Of a stretch of 64,000 nucleotides of DNA, positions 49,301-59,285 are shown piece after piece. Origin of the DNA: an uncultured Eubacterium sp. Its GTDB lineage: Bacteria > Bacillota > Clostridia > Lachnospirales > Lachnospiraceae. Within the stretch, counting starts at the first letter, position 1. The number at the start of each line of letters is the position of its first letter. Below the pieces are notes generated by a model, which saw only the letters and a list, made by a program, of their open reading frames with translations, was not told the origin of the DNA and made no database searches. The stretch lies in contig CAYULX010000001.1 in NCBI GenBank assembly GCA_964445535.1, forward strand, positions 647 to 64,646, written 5' to 3'. A program made the translations under genes and the position numbers.

Positions 49301-50790
49301 TTGACAAAGGCACTGTAATGGTCCACAATCTCACCGTTTTGTACTTTGACCGCACCAATTTCGATGATGGCGTCATGAACCGGGCTGAATCCGGTGGTCT
49401 CCAGGTCAAAGACCACAAAACCATCGTCCAGGTTCTGCCCCCGGGCGTTGGTGACCAGCTTTTTCAAATCGTCCACAAAATAACCTTCCATTCCGTAGAT
49501 GACCTTAAACGGTTCGTCCATGGTGATGCAGTGGTTGGCGATGGGGAATGCCTGCAATACCCCATGGTCGGTGATAGCCATGGCTGGATGCCCCCACTCT
49601 TTGGCGGTCTGAATGGCTTTTTTGATATCCACCACGCTGTCCAGATCGCTCATGACCGTGTGTAGATGCAGTTCCACACGCTTCTCCAGGCTCTTATCCA
49701 TCCGCTTCGTCCGGAAATCCGGAATGGGCTTGATGCCGGCGATGGAAGACATGGTGATATCATGTTCGAAGGCGTCCATCCGCGGCATACCTTTCACTTT
49801 GTAAAACTTTCCTTTTTGAAATTCATCGAGAAAATCCGGAAGCTGTGCATTTTTTAAGAACACTTTTCCCACAATGGTATCGGTGAAATCCGTAATCCGG
49901 AAGCTGACAATACTTCTTTCCCGGCGGATTTCCCTGATATCAATCCCGATAATCTGACCGCGGATGACGGTCTCGCCGATTTCATCGACAATCTCCTCGA
50001 TGGGGACAACCTCTCCGTCACAGTTTCGCCCGTAAATGATATCCGGATCTTTCTGTCGCTTTGCGTAGCCGCCAAATTCTTTCCTTCTGGCTCTCTCTTC
50101 AAAGAAATTGGCAGAGTAAGTGCCGGTCTTCTTAGCCGGCTTTCGGCCGCCCTCTTTTTCCTGTCCGTCCTCTGTATCCTTCAGGCTGCTTTTCTCCGAC
50201 TCGGCCTTCTCAATCTGCTCCATCACCATGCTTATCTCCAGGCTCAGCTTGTGGTTTCTCGCCTTGTAAAACGCCTGTTTTGCGTCGTCGGTAAAATCAA
50301 AGCCCACCTGTATTTCTTTTCCGAAGCGATGGGAGTACATTTCTTCCAGATACTGTTTCAGTTTCACCGATTTATTTCTGGCAAGGAAAGAATCCTCCAG
50401 CAAAATAGTCATAATATTTCCCTCAAAGCCCCATTCACAGCGGAGAAACAAGCTATATTCCACCTGCCCCATCCGATGGACTTCGTAGAGAATACTGTCC
50501 CAGTAATCCTTCGTGAGCTGCTCCAGCGTATACGCCGACGACAGCTCGTAAGTATCATCGATGATAAGAAATACCGACGTTCCTCGAAACAGCTCATTTT
50601 TCAAATCGTAAGCAATCTTGTTGACCAGCTTCTTCCCTATGACATGCTCGCCTTTGGTGTGCACAATGAGCTGATTTTTGCTCTGTTTCATTACAACCTT
50701 CGTGACGATGGTATTGGAAAGCACATATCTTAAATTGTCTGGTATCGTATAATCCGGAAACACTTCCGGAAATGTCTGTTTTTGTTCCAT
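46330..50790 (-). CDS. polC: DNA polymerase III PolC-type
   Basis: PHP RVELHLHT, embedded exonuclease FDLETTG, GSRGSVGS, KEPDIDLNF, KIKYMFPKAHA; start MEQKQT with GGAGG RBS. Confidence 0.98.
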   Translation of the reverse strand: MEQKQTFPEVFPDYTIPDNLRYVLSNTIVTKVVMKQSKNQLIVHTKGEHVIGKKLVNKIAYDLKNELFRGTSVFLIIDDTYELSSAYTLEQLTKDYWDSILYEVHRMGQVEYSLFLRCEWGFEGNIMTILLEDSFLARNKSVKLKQYLEEMYSHRFGKEIQVGFDFTDDAKQAFYKARNHKLSLEISMVMEQIEKAESEKSSLKDTEDGQEKEGGRKPAKKTGTYSANFFEERARRKEFGGYAKRQKDPDIIYGRNCDGEVVPIEEIVDEIGETVIRGQIIGIDIREIRRERSIVSFRITDFTDTIVGKVFLKNAQLPDFLDEFQKGKFYKVKGMPRMDAFEHDITMSSIAGIKPIPDFRTKRMDKSLEKRVELHLHTVMSDLDSVVDIKKAIQTAKEWGHPAMAITDHGVLQAFPIANHCITMDEPFKVIYGMEGYFVDDLKKLVTNARGQNLDDGFVVFDLETTGFSPVHDAIIEIGAVKVQNGEIVDHYSAFVNPKRPIPLRITELTSIDDAMVAGAEDIETILPEFLAFCEGCSLVAHNAEFDVSFIEANADRLGYDHEFTALDTVQMARLLLPGLNRFKLNTVCKHLGIKQEHHHRAVDDARVTSEVFLRFVEMLKEQDVYTLEELNSMGSASADLIKKAATYHGIILVKNNVGRVNLNRLVSASHLDYFNRRPRLPKSLIEKYREGLILGSACEAGELFQAIIRGKSEEEIARIVNFYDYLEIQPVGNNAFMLESDKYDAKTIEDLQNYNRKIVKLGEQYHKPVVATCDVHFLNPEDEQYRRILMAGKGFADADHQAPLYFRTTEEMLNEFSYLGEQKAKEVVITNTNKVADMIEKISPVHPDKCPPVIPNSDKDLAEICYNRAHEIYGPELPEIVKERLDRELTSIISNGFAVMYIIAQKLVKDSNDHGYLVGSRGSVGSSFVATMSGITEVNPLSAHYICPKCHFVDFDSEYVKPYTMKGMSGCDMPDRDCPVCGTKLLKEGHDIPFETFLGFKGNKEPDIDLNFSGEYQAKAHKYVEVIFGEDSAFRAGTIGTLAEKTAYGYVMKYFEERGIYKRRCEMERLAEGCTGVKRTTGQHPGGIIVVPHEHEIYDFTAIQHPANDVNTDIITTHFEYHSIDHNLLKLDILGHDDPTMIRRLEDLTGIDAKTIPLDDEDVMELFHGTEILGITPEDIGGVEMGSLGVPEFGTDFVMQMLKDTNPQCFSDLVRISGLSHGTDVWLGNAQTLIESGQAEISTAICCRDDIMTYLINMGLDKEESFTIMESVRKGKGLKDEWVETMLAHGVPEWYIGSCRKIKYMFPKAHAAAYVMMGWRVAWFKVHKPLAYYAAYFSIRASAFSYEIMCRGRAILEEYLEELTSMPKEQQTKKDQDAIRDGRIAQEMYARGFEFMPIDIYMAKARDCQIIDGKIMPPLSSVEGLGDKACEQVEEAAKHGPFTSLDNFRDQAKVSKTNVDKMVELGILTGLPESDQLSLADFLAV

Positions 50791-50931
50791 AATGCCTCCT
50801 TCCCCGAAAAACAGGGAATCCACCCTTCTCTCTTCTATAACAAAGTAGTCATAAATCCCCCGTGGCAGAATAGAATTTATTAAAATTATGTATCGGAAGG
50901 ACTGTTTTTTTGAGTGCAAAAACAAAACTTT

Positions 50932-52866
50932 TTATTCCAGTCCCAGCTCTTCTTTCAGTCCGTCAAGCTCCGCCATCCACACCGCTGGACTCGCGTCGCT
51001 CGGCATCCGCAAGTCGCCTCTCGGAGAGACGGCAATGGATCCAACCTTCGGTCCGTCCGGCAGGCAGGAGCGTTTGAAATGCTGGGCAAAAAATCTCCAG
51101 TAGAAAGTCCGAAGCCATTTGTATATGACGGCGTCCTCGTAATCCGCGCCAAAGGCTTTCTTTGCCAGCCGAAAGATTTTTTCCGGACCGAAGCCAAAAC
51201 GCAGCATATAATAAAGATAAAAATCATGCAGTTCATAAGGTCCCACCAGGTCTTCCGTTTTCTGGGAAATCACACCGTCCACCGGCGGCAGCAATTCCGG
51301 GCTCACCGGTGTATCCAGCACATCCAGCAGTACCTTCCGCAGTTCTTCCTCTTCGATGGTATCGGCATAGTAGCGCACCAGATGGCGCACCAGGGTCTTT
51401 GGCACCGAGCAGTTCACCGCATACATGGACATGTGATCCCCATTATAGGTTGCCCAGCCAAGAGCCAGCTCGGACATATCTCCCGTTCCGATGACCATGC
51501 CGTTCTCCTGGTTGGCAATGTCCATGAGAATCTGCGTCCGCTCCCTGGCCTGAGAGTTCTCATAGGCGACGTCGTGGACATTGATATCGTGTCCGATATC
51601 TATGAAATGCTGTTCCACCGCCCGGTTAATCCGAATCTCCCGCAGGGAGGCTCCCAGTCGTTTTGTGAGCATCACCGCGTTGGAATAGGTTCTGTCCGTC
51701 GTTCCAAAACAAGGCATGGTCACGCAGATGATTCCCTCTCTCGGCAGATTCAGCATATCAAAGGCCCTCGCCGTCACTAAAACCGCCAGAGTGGAATCCA
51801 ATCCGCCGCTGATGCCGATGACCGCATGGCGGCATCCGGTGTGTGCCAGCCGTTTTTTCAGTCCCATGGCCTGGATGGTGAGAATCTCGTCGCATCGTTT
51901 ATCCCTGTCTTCTTTATTAGAAGGAATGAACGGCGTCCGGGAGAAATACCGGTTCAGTTCCGTCTCTTCTTCTTCCAGGGTAAAATATACTCTGAAATAA
52001 GACTGTCCCCCGTTGCCGGTCACAAAGGTGGAGGTCTTCTGCCGGTCTGCCGCCAGACGCTGTAAATCAATCTCCGCCTCCGTATAATGATTTTCAAACC
52101 TCTCCGATTCCGCCAGCACCGCGCCATATTCCGTGATCATGTTGTGACCGCTGTATACCAGATCCTGGGTGGATTCACCCTCTCCTGCGGAAGCATAAAT
52201 GTAGGCGCAGACCAGTCTCGCCGACTGGGAACTGACCAATTCCCGGCGATAAGCATCCTTCGTCGTCGTCTCGTCACTGGCGGAAGGATTACAGATGACC
52301 GTAGCACCCGCCAGCGCATGGAAGGTGGACGGCGGCAGCGGCACCCACAAATCCTCGCAGATTTCCGCAGCCAGCGCCAGATTCTCCATATTTTCACAGC
52401 AGAATAAAAGATTCATCCCAAAAGGTACTTCCTGCCCCAGCAGATGAATCATCTCCACCTCTCTTTTTCCCGGTGTGAAATGTCTCGCCTCATAAAATTC
52501 CGAATAATTCGGCAGATAATGCTTAGGAACCACCCCCAGAATCTGTCCCTTATACATAAAAACCGCACAATTATAAAGCTTCTGATGAACAAGCAGCGGC
52601 GCTCCAGCCACAATGATCATGGAAATATCCGCCGTCTCACCGAGAAGCGCTCCCAACTGTTTCCTGCTCTCTTCAAGAAGCGACTTCTGCCAGAATAAAT
52701 CGCCGCAGGTGTATGCGGAAATCACCAGCTCCGGAAGAACCAATACCTTCACATGCCGCTCCTGTGCTTTCCGCACCGCCTTCATAATACTCTCTTTGTT
52801 AAATGCCGGGTCGGCTACCTTCACATCCACCGAGACAGCCGCCACCCGTAAGAATCCGTCTTTCAT
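50932..52866 (-). CDS. nadE: Glutamine-dependent NAD+ synthetase
   Basis: Nitrilase domain (PEL, EICEDLW) plus GISGGLDST and ENSQARERT. Confidence 0.96.
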   Translation of the reverse strand: MKDGFLRVAAVSVDVKVADPAFNKESIMKAVRKAQERHVKVLVLPELVISAYTCGDLFWQKSLLEESRKQLGALLGETADISMIIVAGAPLLVHQKLYNCAVFMYKGQILGVVPKHYLPNYSEFYEARHFTPGKREVEMIHLLGQEVPFGMNLLFCCENMENLALAAEICEDLWVPLPPSTFHALAGATVICNPSASDETTTKDAYRRELVSSQSARLVCAYIYASAGEGESTQDLVYSGHNMITEYGAVLAESERFENHYTEAEIDLQRLAADRQKTSTFVTGNGGQSYFRVYFTLEEEETELNRYFSRTPFIPSNKEDRDKRCDEILTIQAMGLKKRLAHTGCRHAVIGISGGLDSTLAVLVTARAFDMLNLPREGIICVTMPCFGTTDRTYSNAVMLTKRLGASLREIRINRAVEQHFIDIGHDINVHDVAYENSQARERTQILMDIANQENGMVIGTGDMSELALGWATYNGDHMSMYAVNCSVPKTLVRHLVRYYADTIEEEELRKVLLDVLDTPVSPELLPPVDGVISQKTEDLVGPYELHDFYLYYMLRFGFGPEKIFRLAKKAFGADYEDAVIYKWLRTFYWRFFAQHFKRSCLPDGPKVGSIAVSPRGDLRMPSDASPAVWMAELDGLKEELGLE

Positions 52867-52896
52867 TTTATTTTCCTTTCTCCGTTTTATCCCATA

Positions 52897-52934
52897 AAGA
52901 AAAAGCGGGAATCCCGATTTCTCAGTCTTCCCAC
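52897..52934 (-). terminator. Intrinsic terminator after the sigma factor gene
   Basis: Minus strand GTGGGAAGACTGA-GAAA-TCGGGATTCCCGC-TTTTTCTTT. Confidence 0.65.
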
Positions 52935-52990
52935 TATTTTAATCAATTATTTATCATTTGGCAATACGCACCTTTATAAAAACCTGAGGC

Positions 52991-54091
52991 TTACTCCAGG
53001 AAATCCTTGAGTTTCCGGCTCCGGCTCGGATGTCTTAACTTCCGCAGCGCCTTTGCCTCGATCTGACGGATACGCTCTCTGGTAACGTTAAATTCTTTTC
53101 CGACTTCTTCCAGAGTTCTGGTCTTACCGTCATCCAGTCCGAAACGAAGCTTGATGACATTTCTCTCACGCTCGGTGAGGGAAGCCATGGCAACCTCCAG
53201 CTCTTCTTTCAGCATGGAGAAGGAAGCGGAGTCCACAGGGGAAAGCAGAGATTCATCTTCGATGAAATCGCCCAACTGGCTGTCCTCTTCTTCGCCAATT
53301 GGCGTATCCAAAGATACCGGATCTCTGGATGTCTTCAGAATCTCGTCAATCTTTGTCACCGGCATGTTCATCTTCTTTGCGATCTCTTCATTGGTAGGTT
53401 CTCTTCCCAGCTCCTGCAAAAGCATTCTGGAAGTACGGAGAGTCTTGTTGATGGTCTCCACCATATGTACCGGCACCCGGATGGTCTTTGCCGTGTCGGC
53501 GATACCACGGGTAATCGCCTGGCGGATCCACCAGGTAGAATAGGTACTGAACTTGTTGCCCTTCTTATAATCAAACTTCTCCACGGCCTTCATCAGACCC
53601 ATGTTGCCCTCCTGAATGAGATCCAGGAACGACATGCCTCTTCCGACATACTTCTTGGCGATACTTACCACTAGACGCAGGTTGGCCTCGATGAGCTGCT
53701 TCCTGGCCTGCTCATCGCCTTTCTCGATGCGCTGTGCCAGAAAAACTTCTTCCTCGGCTGTCAGCAGCGGGATATTGCCGATCTCCTTCAGATACATACG
53801 CACCGGATCTTCCAGGCTGACACCTTCCAGAATATCTGTATCGTCAATGAGCTCCACATCCTCGGCGTCATCATCAATAAAATTATCGTCGTTATCTTCC
53901 TCACTGGTATTCAGAACATCTACGCCCTGTTTTTCAAAATAGTCAAGAATCCACTCAAACGTCTCTGGGGTCAACTCAACATCCTTGAATGCATCGTTAA
54001 TCTCTTTGTACTCGAGCACATTTTTATTCTGGTGGGCCTGTTTCAGAAGTGTTTCCATAATATTAGAAAAACTTAATCTTGCATCATCCAT
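52991..54091 (-). CDS. rpoD: RpoD/SigA-like sigma-70 factor, not linked to dnaG
   Basis: [63 protein letters not shown]. Confidence 0.9.
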   Translation of the reverse strand: MDDARLSFSNIMETLLKQAHQNKNVLEYKEINDAFKDVELTPETFEWILDYFEKQGVDVLNTSEEDNDDNFIDDDAEDVELIDDTDILEGVSLEDPVRMYLKEIGNIPLLTAEEEVFLAQRIEKGDEQARKQLIEANLRLVVSIAKKYVGRGMSFLDLIQEGNMGLMKAVEKFDYKKGNKFSTYSTWWIRQAITRGIADTAKTIRVPVHMVETINKTLRTSRMLLQELGREPTNEEIAKKMNMPVTKIDEILKTSRDPVSLDTPIGEEEDSQLGDFIEDESLLSPVDSASFSMLKEELEVAMASLTERERNVIKLRFGLDDGKTRTLEEVGKEFNVTRERIRQIEAKALRKLRHPSRSRKLKDFLE

Positions 54092-54162
54092 GTTTGTTCT
54101 CCCGATTCTTTTTTGCTGACCTGTTATCTTACTGCTGTCTCTTTGGTATTATCAAGATAGAT

Positions 54163-54191
54163 ATTTTATCCCAAGTTTCCCGCTCTGTCAA
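54163..54191 (-). promoter_or_regulatory. SigA-type promoter of the rpoD-like gene
   Basis: TTGACA-N17-TAAAAT. Confidence 0.75.
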
Positions 54192-54419
54192 CTTTTTTTG
54201 AGAAACCTATCTTTCTTTCACCGTATTTTCTGCCCTTTTTATCTTATACAACATTATATTGTATTTTTTTCACCTTATGTCTCATAATGCGGCCGTTCGG
54301 TCATCATTTCCCGACAATTTCCGATATCCTGCTCCGAAGGCGGCGCCGCAATTCAAGACTTCTTCACCATATGAAGCGCCGGGCGTCATAACTTTTCCCT
54401 GTAACCCAGGCGCCGGGCG

Positions 54420-55517
54420 TCAGCAATTCTTCACGGTATCCAGCGCCAGACGGATGACTTTGTCCATGTCATAATAGCGATAGGTGCCGAGTCTCCCTCC
54501 GAAGATGGTATCCGGTTCTTCCTCTGCCAGCGCCCGGTATTTTCCGGCCAGCGCTTCATTTTCTTCGTCGTTAATCGGATAATACGGCTCCGCGCCTGGC
54601 TTCCACTCTTCCGGAAACTCCCGGGATATGACGGTGAACGGTTGGGCGCCGAACTCGAAATGTTTATGCTCGATAATGCGGGTATACGGCACTTCCCGCT
54701 CCGTGTAGTTGACCACCGCGTTGCCCTGATAATTTTCCACCGGCCGCACTTCAGTCTCGAAACGGACAGTCCGGTACTGAAGAATCCCCAGCTTATAATC
54801 AAAGTAGGCGTCCAGCGGCCCGGTGTACACAGTCTTTGCCGCTGCGTTCGGATGCTCTTCGCGGAAAGTGAAGTAGTCCGTATCCAAAAGTACGTCGGAA
54901 CCTTCCAGCAGCTTCAGAATCAGTTTCGTGTATCCGCCTTTAGGAATCCCCTGATACGGGTCGTTGAAATAGTTGTTATCATAAATGAAACGGAGAGGCA
55001 GACGTTTGATGATGAACGATGGCAGTTCACTGCAATCCCTGCCCCACTGCTTTTCGGTATAGCCTTTCACCAGCTTCTCATAGACGTCCCGTCCTACCAG
55101 GGACAACGCTTGCTCTTCCAGATTCCGCGGTTCTCCGATATTCAAATCCGCAATCTGTGAAGCGATGATATCCTTCGCTTCCTGTGGTGTGCGGATACCC
55201 CAGAGTCTGCTGAACGTGTTCATATTAAATGGCAGATTGTATAACTCATCCTTATAAACGGCAACCGGAGAATTAATATAATGATTACACTCCACCAGCG
55301 CATTTACATAATCCCAGACCTCTTTGTCGGAAGTATGGAAAATGTGCGCCCCGTATTTATGAACCCGGATTCCTTCCACTTCTTCTGTATAAATATTGCC
55401 TCCCACATGGTCTCTCTTGTCAATCACAAGACAAGAAGCGCCCTTTTTCGTCATCTCATGGGCGAAAACACTGCCAAAAAGCCCTGCGCCCACGATCAGA
55501 TAATCGTATTTTTTCAC
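54420..55517 (-). CDS. glf: UDP-galactopyranose mutase
   Basis: VGAGLFG, HKYGAHIFHT, YTEKQWG, GRLGTYRYYDMD; GTG start after GGAGG. Confidence 0.96.
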   Translation of the reverse strand: MKKYDYLIVGAGLFGSVFAHEMTKKGASCLVIDKRDHVGGNIYTEEVEGIRVHKYGAHIFHTSDKEVWDYVNALVECNHYINSPVAVYKDELYNLPFNMNTFSRLWGIRTPQEAKDIIASQIADLNIGEPRNLEEQALSLVGRDVYEKLVKGYTEKQWGRDCSELPSFIIKRLPLRFIYDNNYFNDPYQGIPKGGYTKLILKLLEGSDVLLDTDYFTFREEHPNAAAKTVYTGPLDAYFDYKLGILQYRTVRFETEVRPVENYQGNAVVNYTEREVPYTRIIEHKHFEFGAQPFTVISREFPEEWKPGAEPYYPINDEENEALAGKYRALAEEEPDTIFGGRLGTYRYYDMDKVIRLALDTVKNC

Positions 55518-55609
55518 AATTGTCTCCTCCACTTTGTCATTAGATTCATGGCAAATCAAATCCGTTCTCTGTCAGAATCATAAGCCAGTCTCCGCAGCGT
55601 TCCGCACTC

Positions 55610-57487
55610 TTAAATCAGTCCCAACTCCTTGAGCTTCTCGCAGAGACGTTCCATGTTTTTTCCGTCGGAAAATTCATTAATCGTCTTATAGCGTCTCTCA
55701 AATTCTTCTGTCCGGAATGCATCAAGCTGAATCTTTCCATCCCGGCAGCCTTCTCGAAGAACTGCATCCAGTTCTTCCAGGGAGAAGGTTCGTTTTCCGA
55801 TATATTCATCATCTTTTGGGATGAGCTTTCCGTTTTCCTTCTCATAAAACTCCAGATCTTCCTGGAAAAAGACCACGCCGCCGCCCTGATAGAAGCTATT
55901 GTAGCAGACGGAGGAATAATCTGTAATGAGCAGCTTGGCGATGCTAAGCGCCTCGGAAATCGGCTTTTTCCAGATACTCGGTGCCAGCTCCGTTTTTTCT
56001 AGATGAGCTCCGGTCTTCGGGTGAATCACAATCCAGATATGGTCTGCCGGAAGATATTTTCGCAGCATATTGTAGATGGCCAGCGTATTCTGATAATAAC
56101 TGGATTTGGTGAAGTCCTCCATATTGTCCTCATAAGGCTTCCAGGTCAGCATGACCACCGCGATATCATCAGAATCCTGATTCAGATGTTTGTACGAAAT
56201 CTTACTGAAAATCCCCATACCCGTCTTTAAAATACGGGAATTGTCAATCCCCATCATGCGGTGTACCGCCGCCTTTTCCTTCTCGCTGTTTACCACAATG
56301 TAATCGGGTTCCATCTCCCTTCCGGCAAGAAACGGAGAATTCGGGCCGTGACATTTCATATAAGTCACGCCGTGCTGTAAGAACACAAAGGTATTCTCCG
56401 CAATGCTTCTGCGGAAATACTTATTATTAGAACGGATAATGTTCAGATGGAACGGCGTCTCTGTGGACACATAGGCGTTGGCACGGAACAAAAGCTCATA
56501 GTATTTCTTTGAATACTGCTTTACCACATTGGGATGATTTTTGATTCTCTGATAATCCGGAGCATTCTCATTTATAATGAAATAAGCCCCCTTGGGATTC
56601 CTCTTCCACGCCATATCAAAAATCTCGAAAGTTCCCTCTTCCGCCTTCTGGCAGAACTTTTCATAAAAAAGACTGACCTTCTGAGAAGACTTTTCTTTCT
56701 CTTCTTTTCCTTTTTGGTACAGCCATCCAGAAACCTTCTCGCTTTCCCAAAAACGAAAAGCAAGACGCTTTTCCTCCTCCTCCATGGGCCGACAAACATA
56801 GAGCACATTTCCTACGCTGGTATGCTTAATCTGCACCGCCTGATTTTTATAGAAGAAACTGAACATCGGCACATGCTGGTATTTGATGTCTTCATCGGGC
56901 AACTCAATCTTTACGGGAAAAGTGACGTCCATCCCGTTAATCTTCAAAGCGATATCAAAACGGGAAGAGGTCTCTTCCATCTCTTTTGTCATCTCATCCA
57001 AGGGAAAGTGAAACTTCCGGATGAAAAACTCGTCATCGTCTTTTACCTTGACAGGATTTTTATCGGTGATCGGCAAAACAAAGGGGTGATACAGTCTCTG
57101 ACCAATCTTCAAGGCCGCCTCTGATATTTCCAGATCCTCATGTCTTCCTACACCTACCAGGATCTGCAAGGAAAGTCCCTCTTTTGTGAGGGAAATATGC
57201 TGCACTTTACATATTTTCTCAAGTACTCGGAGATATGCCCCTCTTTCCGGCGCATAGCTTGCCTTGACCATCCCTTTCTTATTGGTATAGACCATAAGGA
57301 TATTTTCTCCAATGGGCTGCCAAAAAAGAATCTTCCTATTCTTTTTCTTTCCCACTCTTAAACCAGTATCTTCATTTTCCTTCATCTCAAAGTTATCAAG
57401 CCTTTTTTTCCAAATTTCATTCGGTTTCCCGTCCTCTTCTTTCCTGACTTCAAGAACATTTTCTGCAAATGTTATTGCTATTTTCAT
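55610..57487 (-). CDS. CDP-glycerol glycerophosphotransferase (TagF/TagB-like) family protein
   Basis: C-terminal FLQHGV, MLTWK, VIHP, LITDYSSV motifs; uncharacterised N-terminal part. Confidence 0.75.
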   Translation of the reverse strand: MKIAITFAENVLEVRKEEDGKPNEIWKKRLDNFEMKENEDTGLRVGKKKNRKILFWQPIGENILMVYTNKKGMVKASYAPERGAYLRVLEKICKVQHISLTKEGLSLQILVGVGRHEDLEISEAALKIGQRLYHPFVLPITDKNPVKVKDDDEFFIRKFHFPLDEMTKEMEETSSRFDIALKINGMDVTFPVKIELPDEDIKYQHVPMFSFFYKNQAVQIKHTSVGNVLYVCRPMEEEEKRLAFRFWESEKVSGWLYQKGKEEKEKSSQKVSLFYEKFCQKAEEGTFEIFDMAWKRNPKGAYFIINENAPDYQRIKNHPNVVKQYSKKYYELLFRANAYVSTETPFHLNIIRSNNKYFRRSIAENTFVFLQHGVTYMKCHGPNSPFLAGREMEPDYIVVNSEKEKAAVHRMMGIDNSRILKTGMGIFSKISYKHLNQDSDDIAVVMLTWKPYEDNMEDFTKSSYYQNTLAIYNMLRKYLPADHIWIVIHPKTGAHLEKTELAPSIWKKPISEALSIAKLLITDYSSVCYNSFYQGGGVVFFQEDLEFYEKENGKLIPKDDEYIGKRTFSLEELDAVLREGCRDGKIQLDAFRTEEFERRYKTINEFSDGKNMERLCEKLKELGLI

Positions 57488-57614
57488 ATTCTCCTCCGTA
57501 TCGATGTCCATGCTCTGCAATCATTCCCATAAACACCTATCATCGCATATTTGTCACATACGTTTTATTCCGCCCGCGGAACCTTTCCGTCTTCACTCCG
57601 CCGGGCGATCTTTT

Positions 57615-59111
57615 TTACTGAATCTCAAGAATCCGTTTTACCTGTCCGCACATGTCCTCTTTCCCGCAGACAGTATCATGTAAAACAGGGGCAGAGCGGA
57701 TGTCCTCAATAGCCTGCGGTACCGGTACCCCGGACAGACGTTTCAGTTCATCCACCAGCGCAAAGTCGCTCTGGGCGTCATAGGCCGGATCGATGGCATT
57801 CATAACACTTCTCGTAAACTTATATGGACTGGCTGTAGAGACGATAACAGTCTTCGTAGCGTCTTTCGTGTCCGCTGCGTACTTCTCATAAACGCTCTCC
57901 GCCACCGCCGTGTGGGTATCCATAATATAGCCGGTCTGTTCGTACATTTTCTTAATGGCCTCCGCCGTCTCTTCCTCGCTGGCATAATTGCCGTAGAAAT
58001 CTTTCATCTGCTCCCGCATCTCAGGAGTGATTTCATAGCGGCCAGTCTCGCTTAACGTCTTCATATACGCGCTATTCTTCTCCGCATCTCTGCCTGCCGT
58101 CTGATAAATCAGCCGCTCCAGATTGCTGGAGATGAGAATATCCATGGACGGAGAGGATGTAAGAATGAACTCCCGGTTCCTATCGTAGCAACCGGTAGCA
58201 AAAAAATCAAACAGCACCTTATTCTCGTTGGACGCGCAGATTAACTTCGCAATCGGCACACCCATCTGTTTCGCGTAATACGCTGCCAGAATATTACCAA
58301 AGTTGCCGGTCGGAACATCCACATTAATCTGCTCTCCATCGGCAATCTCTCCTTGAGCCAGCAGGGCGGCATAAGTGTATACATAATAGACCACCTGAGG
58401 CACCAGTCGTCCGATATTGATAGAGTTGGCGGAAGAAAACTGGTAGCCGGCCGCCGCCATTTCCTCTGCCAGCGCGGCATCGGAAAACATCTTCTTCACG
58501 CCGGTCTGGGCATCGTCAAAATTGCCCTCAATGCCGATAATGTAAGTATTCTCTCCCCGCTGGGTAATCATCTGCTTCTCCTGAATCGGACTGACGCCAT
58601 GCTTTGGATAAAAGACAATAATCTTCGTGCCCGGTACGTCGGCAAACCCTGCCAGCGCCGCCTTGCCCGTGTCGCCGGAAGTGGCCGTCAAAATCACAAT
58701 CTCATTTTTGACACGGTTTTTTCTGGCGCTGGCGGTCAGCAGATATGGCAGAATGGACAAAGCCATATCTTTAAAGGCGATGGTCGCGCCGTGGAAAAGC
58801 TCCAGAAAATACTTGTCATCCTTTTTCACAAGCTCCGCAATATGCGGCGTATCAAACTTCTTGTCATAGGCATTGTTGATACAATTCCTTAATTCCTCTT
58901 CTGTAAAATCCGTAAAGAACAGCTTCATTACCTCATAAGCCACATCCTGATAGCTCATCTTTGACAGTTCTTCCATGGTTCTGTCCAGCTCGGGAATACG
59001 CTCCGGCACATAAAGTCCGCCTTCTTCCGCCAGTCCGCGGAGAATCGCCTCGGAAGCCTTTGCTGTTTCTTCGTTATTTCTTGTATTTCTATACAACAAA
59101 TCCATACTCAT
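57615..59111 (-). CDS. thrC: Threonine synthase
   Basis: LELFHGATIAFKD, TATSGDTG, NSINIGR, VPTGNFGN, SPSMDI; start could be 59105-59129. Confidence 0.96.
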   Translation of the reverse strand: MSMDLLYRNTRNNEETAKASEAILRGLAEEGGLYVPERIPELDRTMEELSKMSYQDVAYEVMKLFFTDFTEEELRNCINNAYDKKFDTPHIAELVKKDDKYFLELFHGATIAFKDMALSILPYLLTASARKNRVKNEIVILTATSGDTGKAALAGFADVPGTKIIVFYPKHGVSPIQEKQMITQRGENTYIIGIEGNFDDAQTGVKKMFSDAALAEEMAAAGYQFSSANSINIGRLVPQVVYYVYTYAALLAQGEIADGEQINVDVPTGNFGNILAAYYAKQMGVPIAKLICASNENKVLFDFFATGCYDRNREFILTSSPSMDILISSNLERLIYQTAGRDAEKNSAYMKTLSETGRYEITPEMREQMKDFYGNYASEEETAEAIKKMYEQTGYIMDTHTAVAESVYEKYAADTKDATKTVIVSTASPYKFTRSVMNAIDPAYDAQSDFALVDELKRLSGVPVPQAIEDIRSAPVLHDTVCGKEDMCGQVKRILEIQ

Positions 59112-59285
59112 GTCCTCTCTATTTTCCATAAACTTTTATTACTGATTCTGCATCTTTCCCTTTCGATTCCGCAGTCTTCCACTGTTGAATCTGCAATTTT
59201 TTCCTGGTTGCACAAATTCGACACAGTTCTGTTATTATAGCACAGCATTTTTTGTTTCACAAGGCATCTGCGAAAGCTATCCCGT

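Noticed and set aside
46330-50925. Intein or N-terminal extension in PolC
   Set aside because: Length and motif order are normal and no splicing motifs are seen. The extra 45 codons in the track precede a clear RBS at 50790. Similar over-extended starts were trimmed for ispD, rnz, secA, glf, tagF-like and the transposase.
54376-54422. 13-bp direct repeat GCGCCGGGCGTCA with 34-bp period
   Set aside because: Only two copies, overlapping the glf stop, with no cas genes; not a CRISPR array, and no further copies were noticed.
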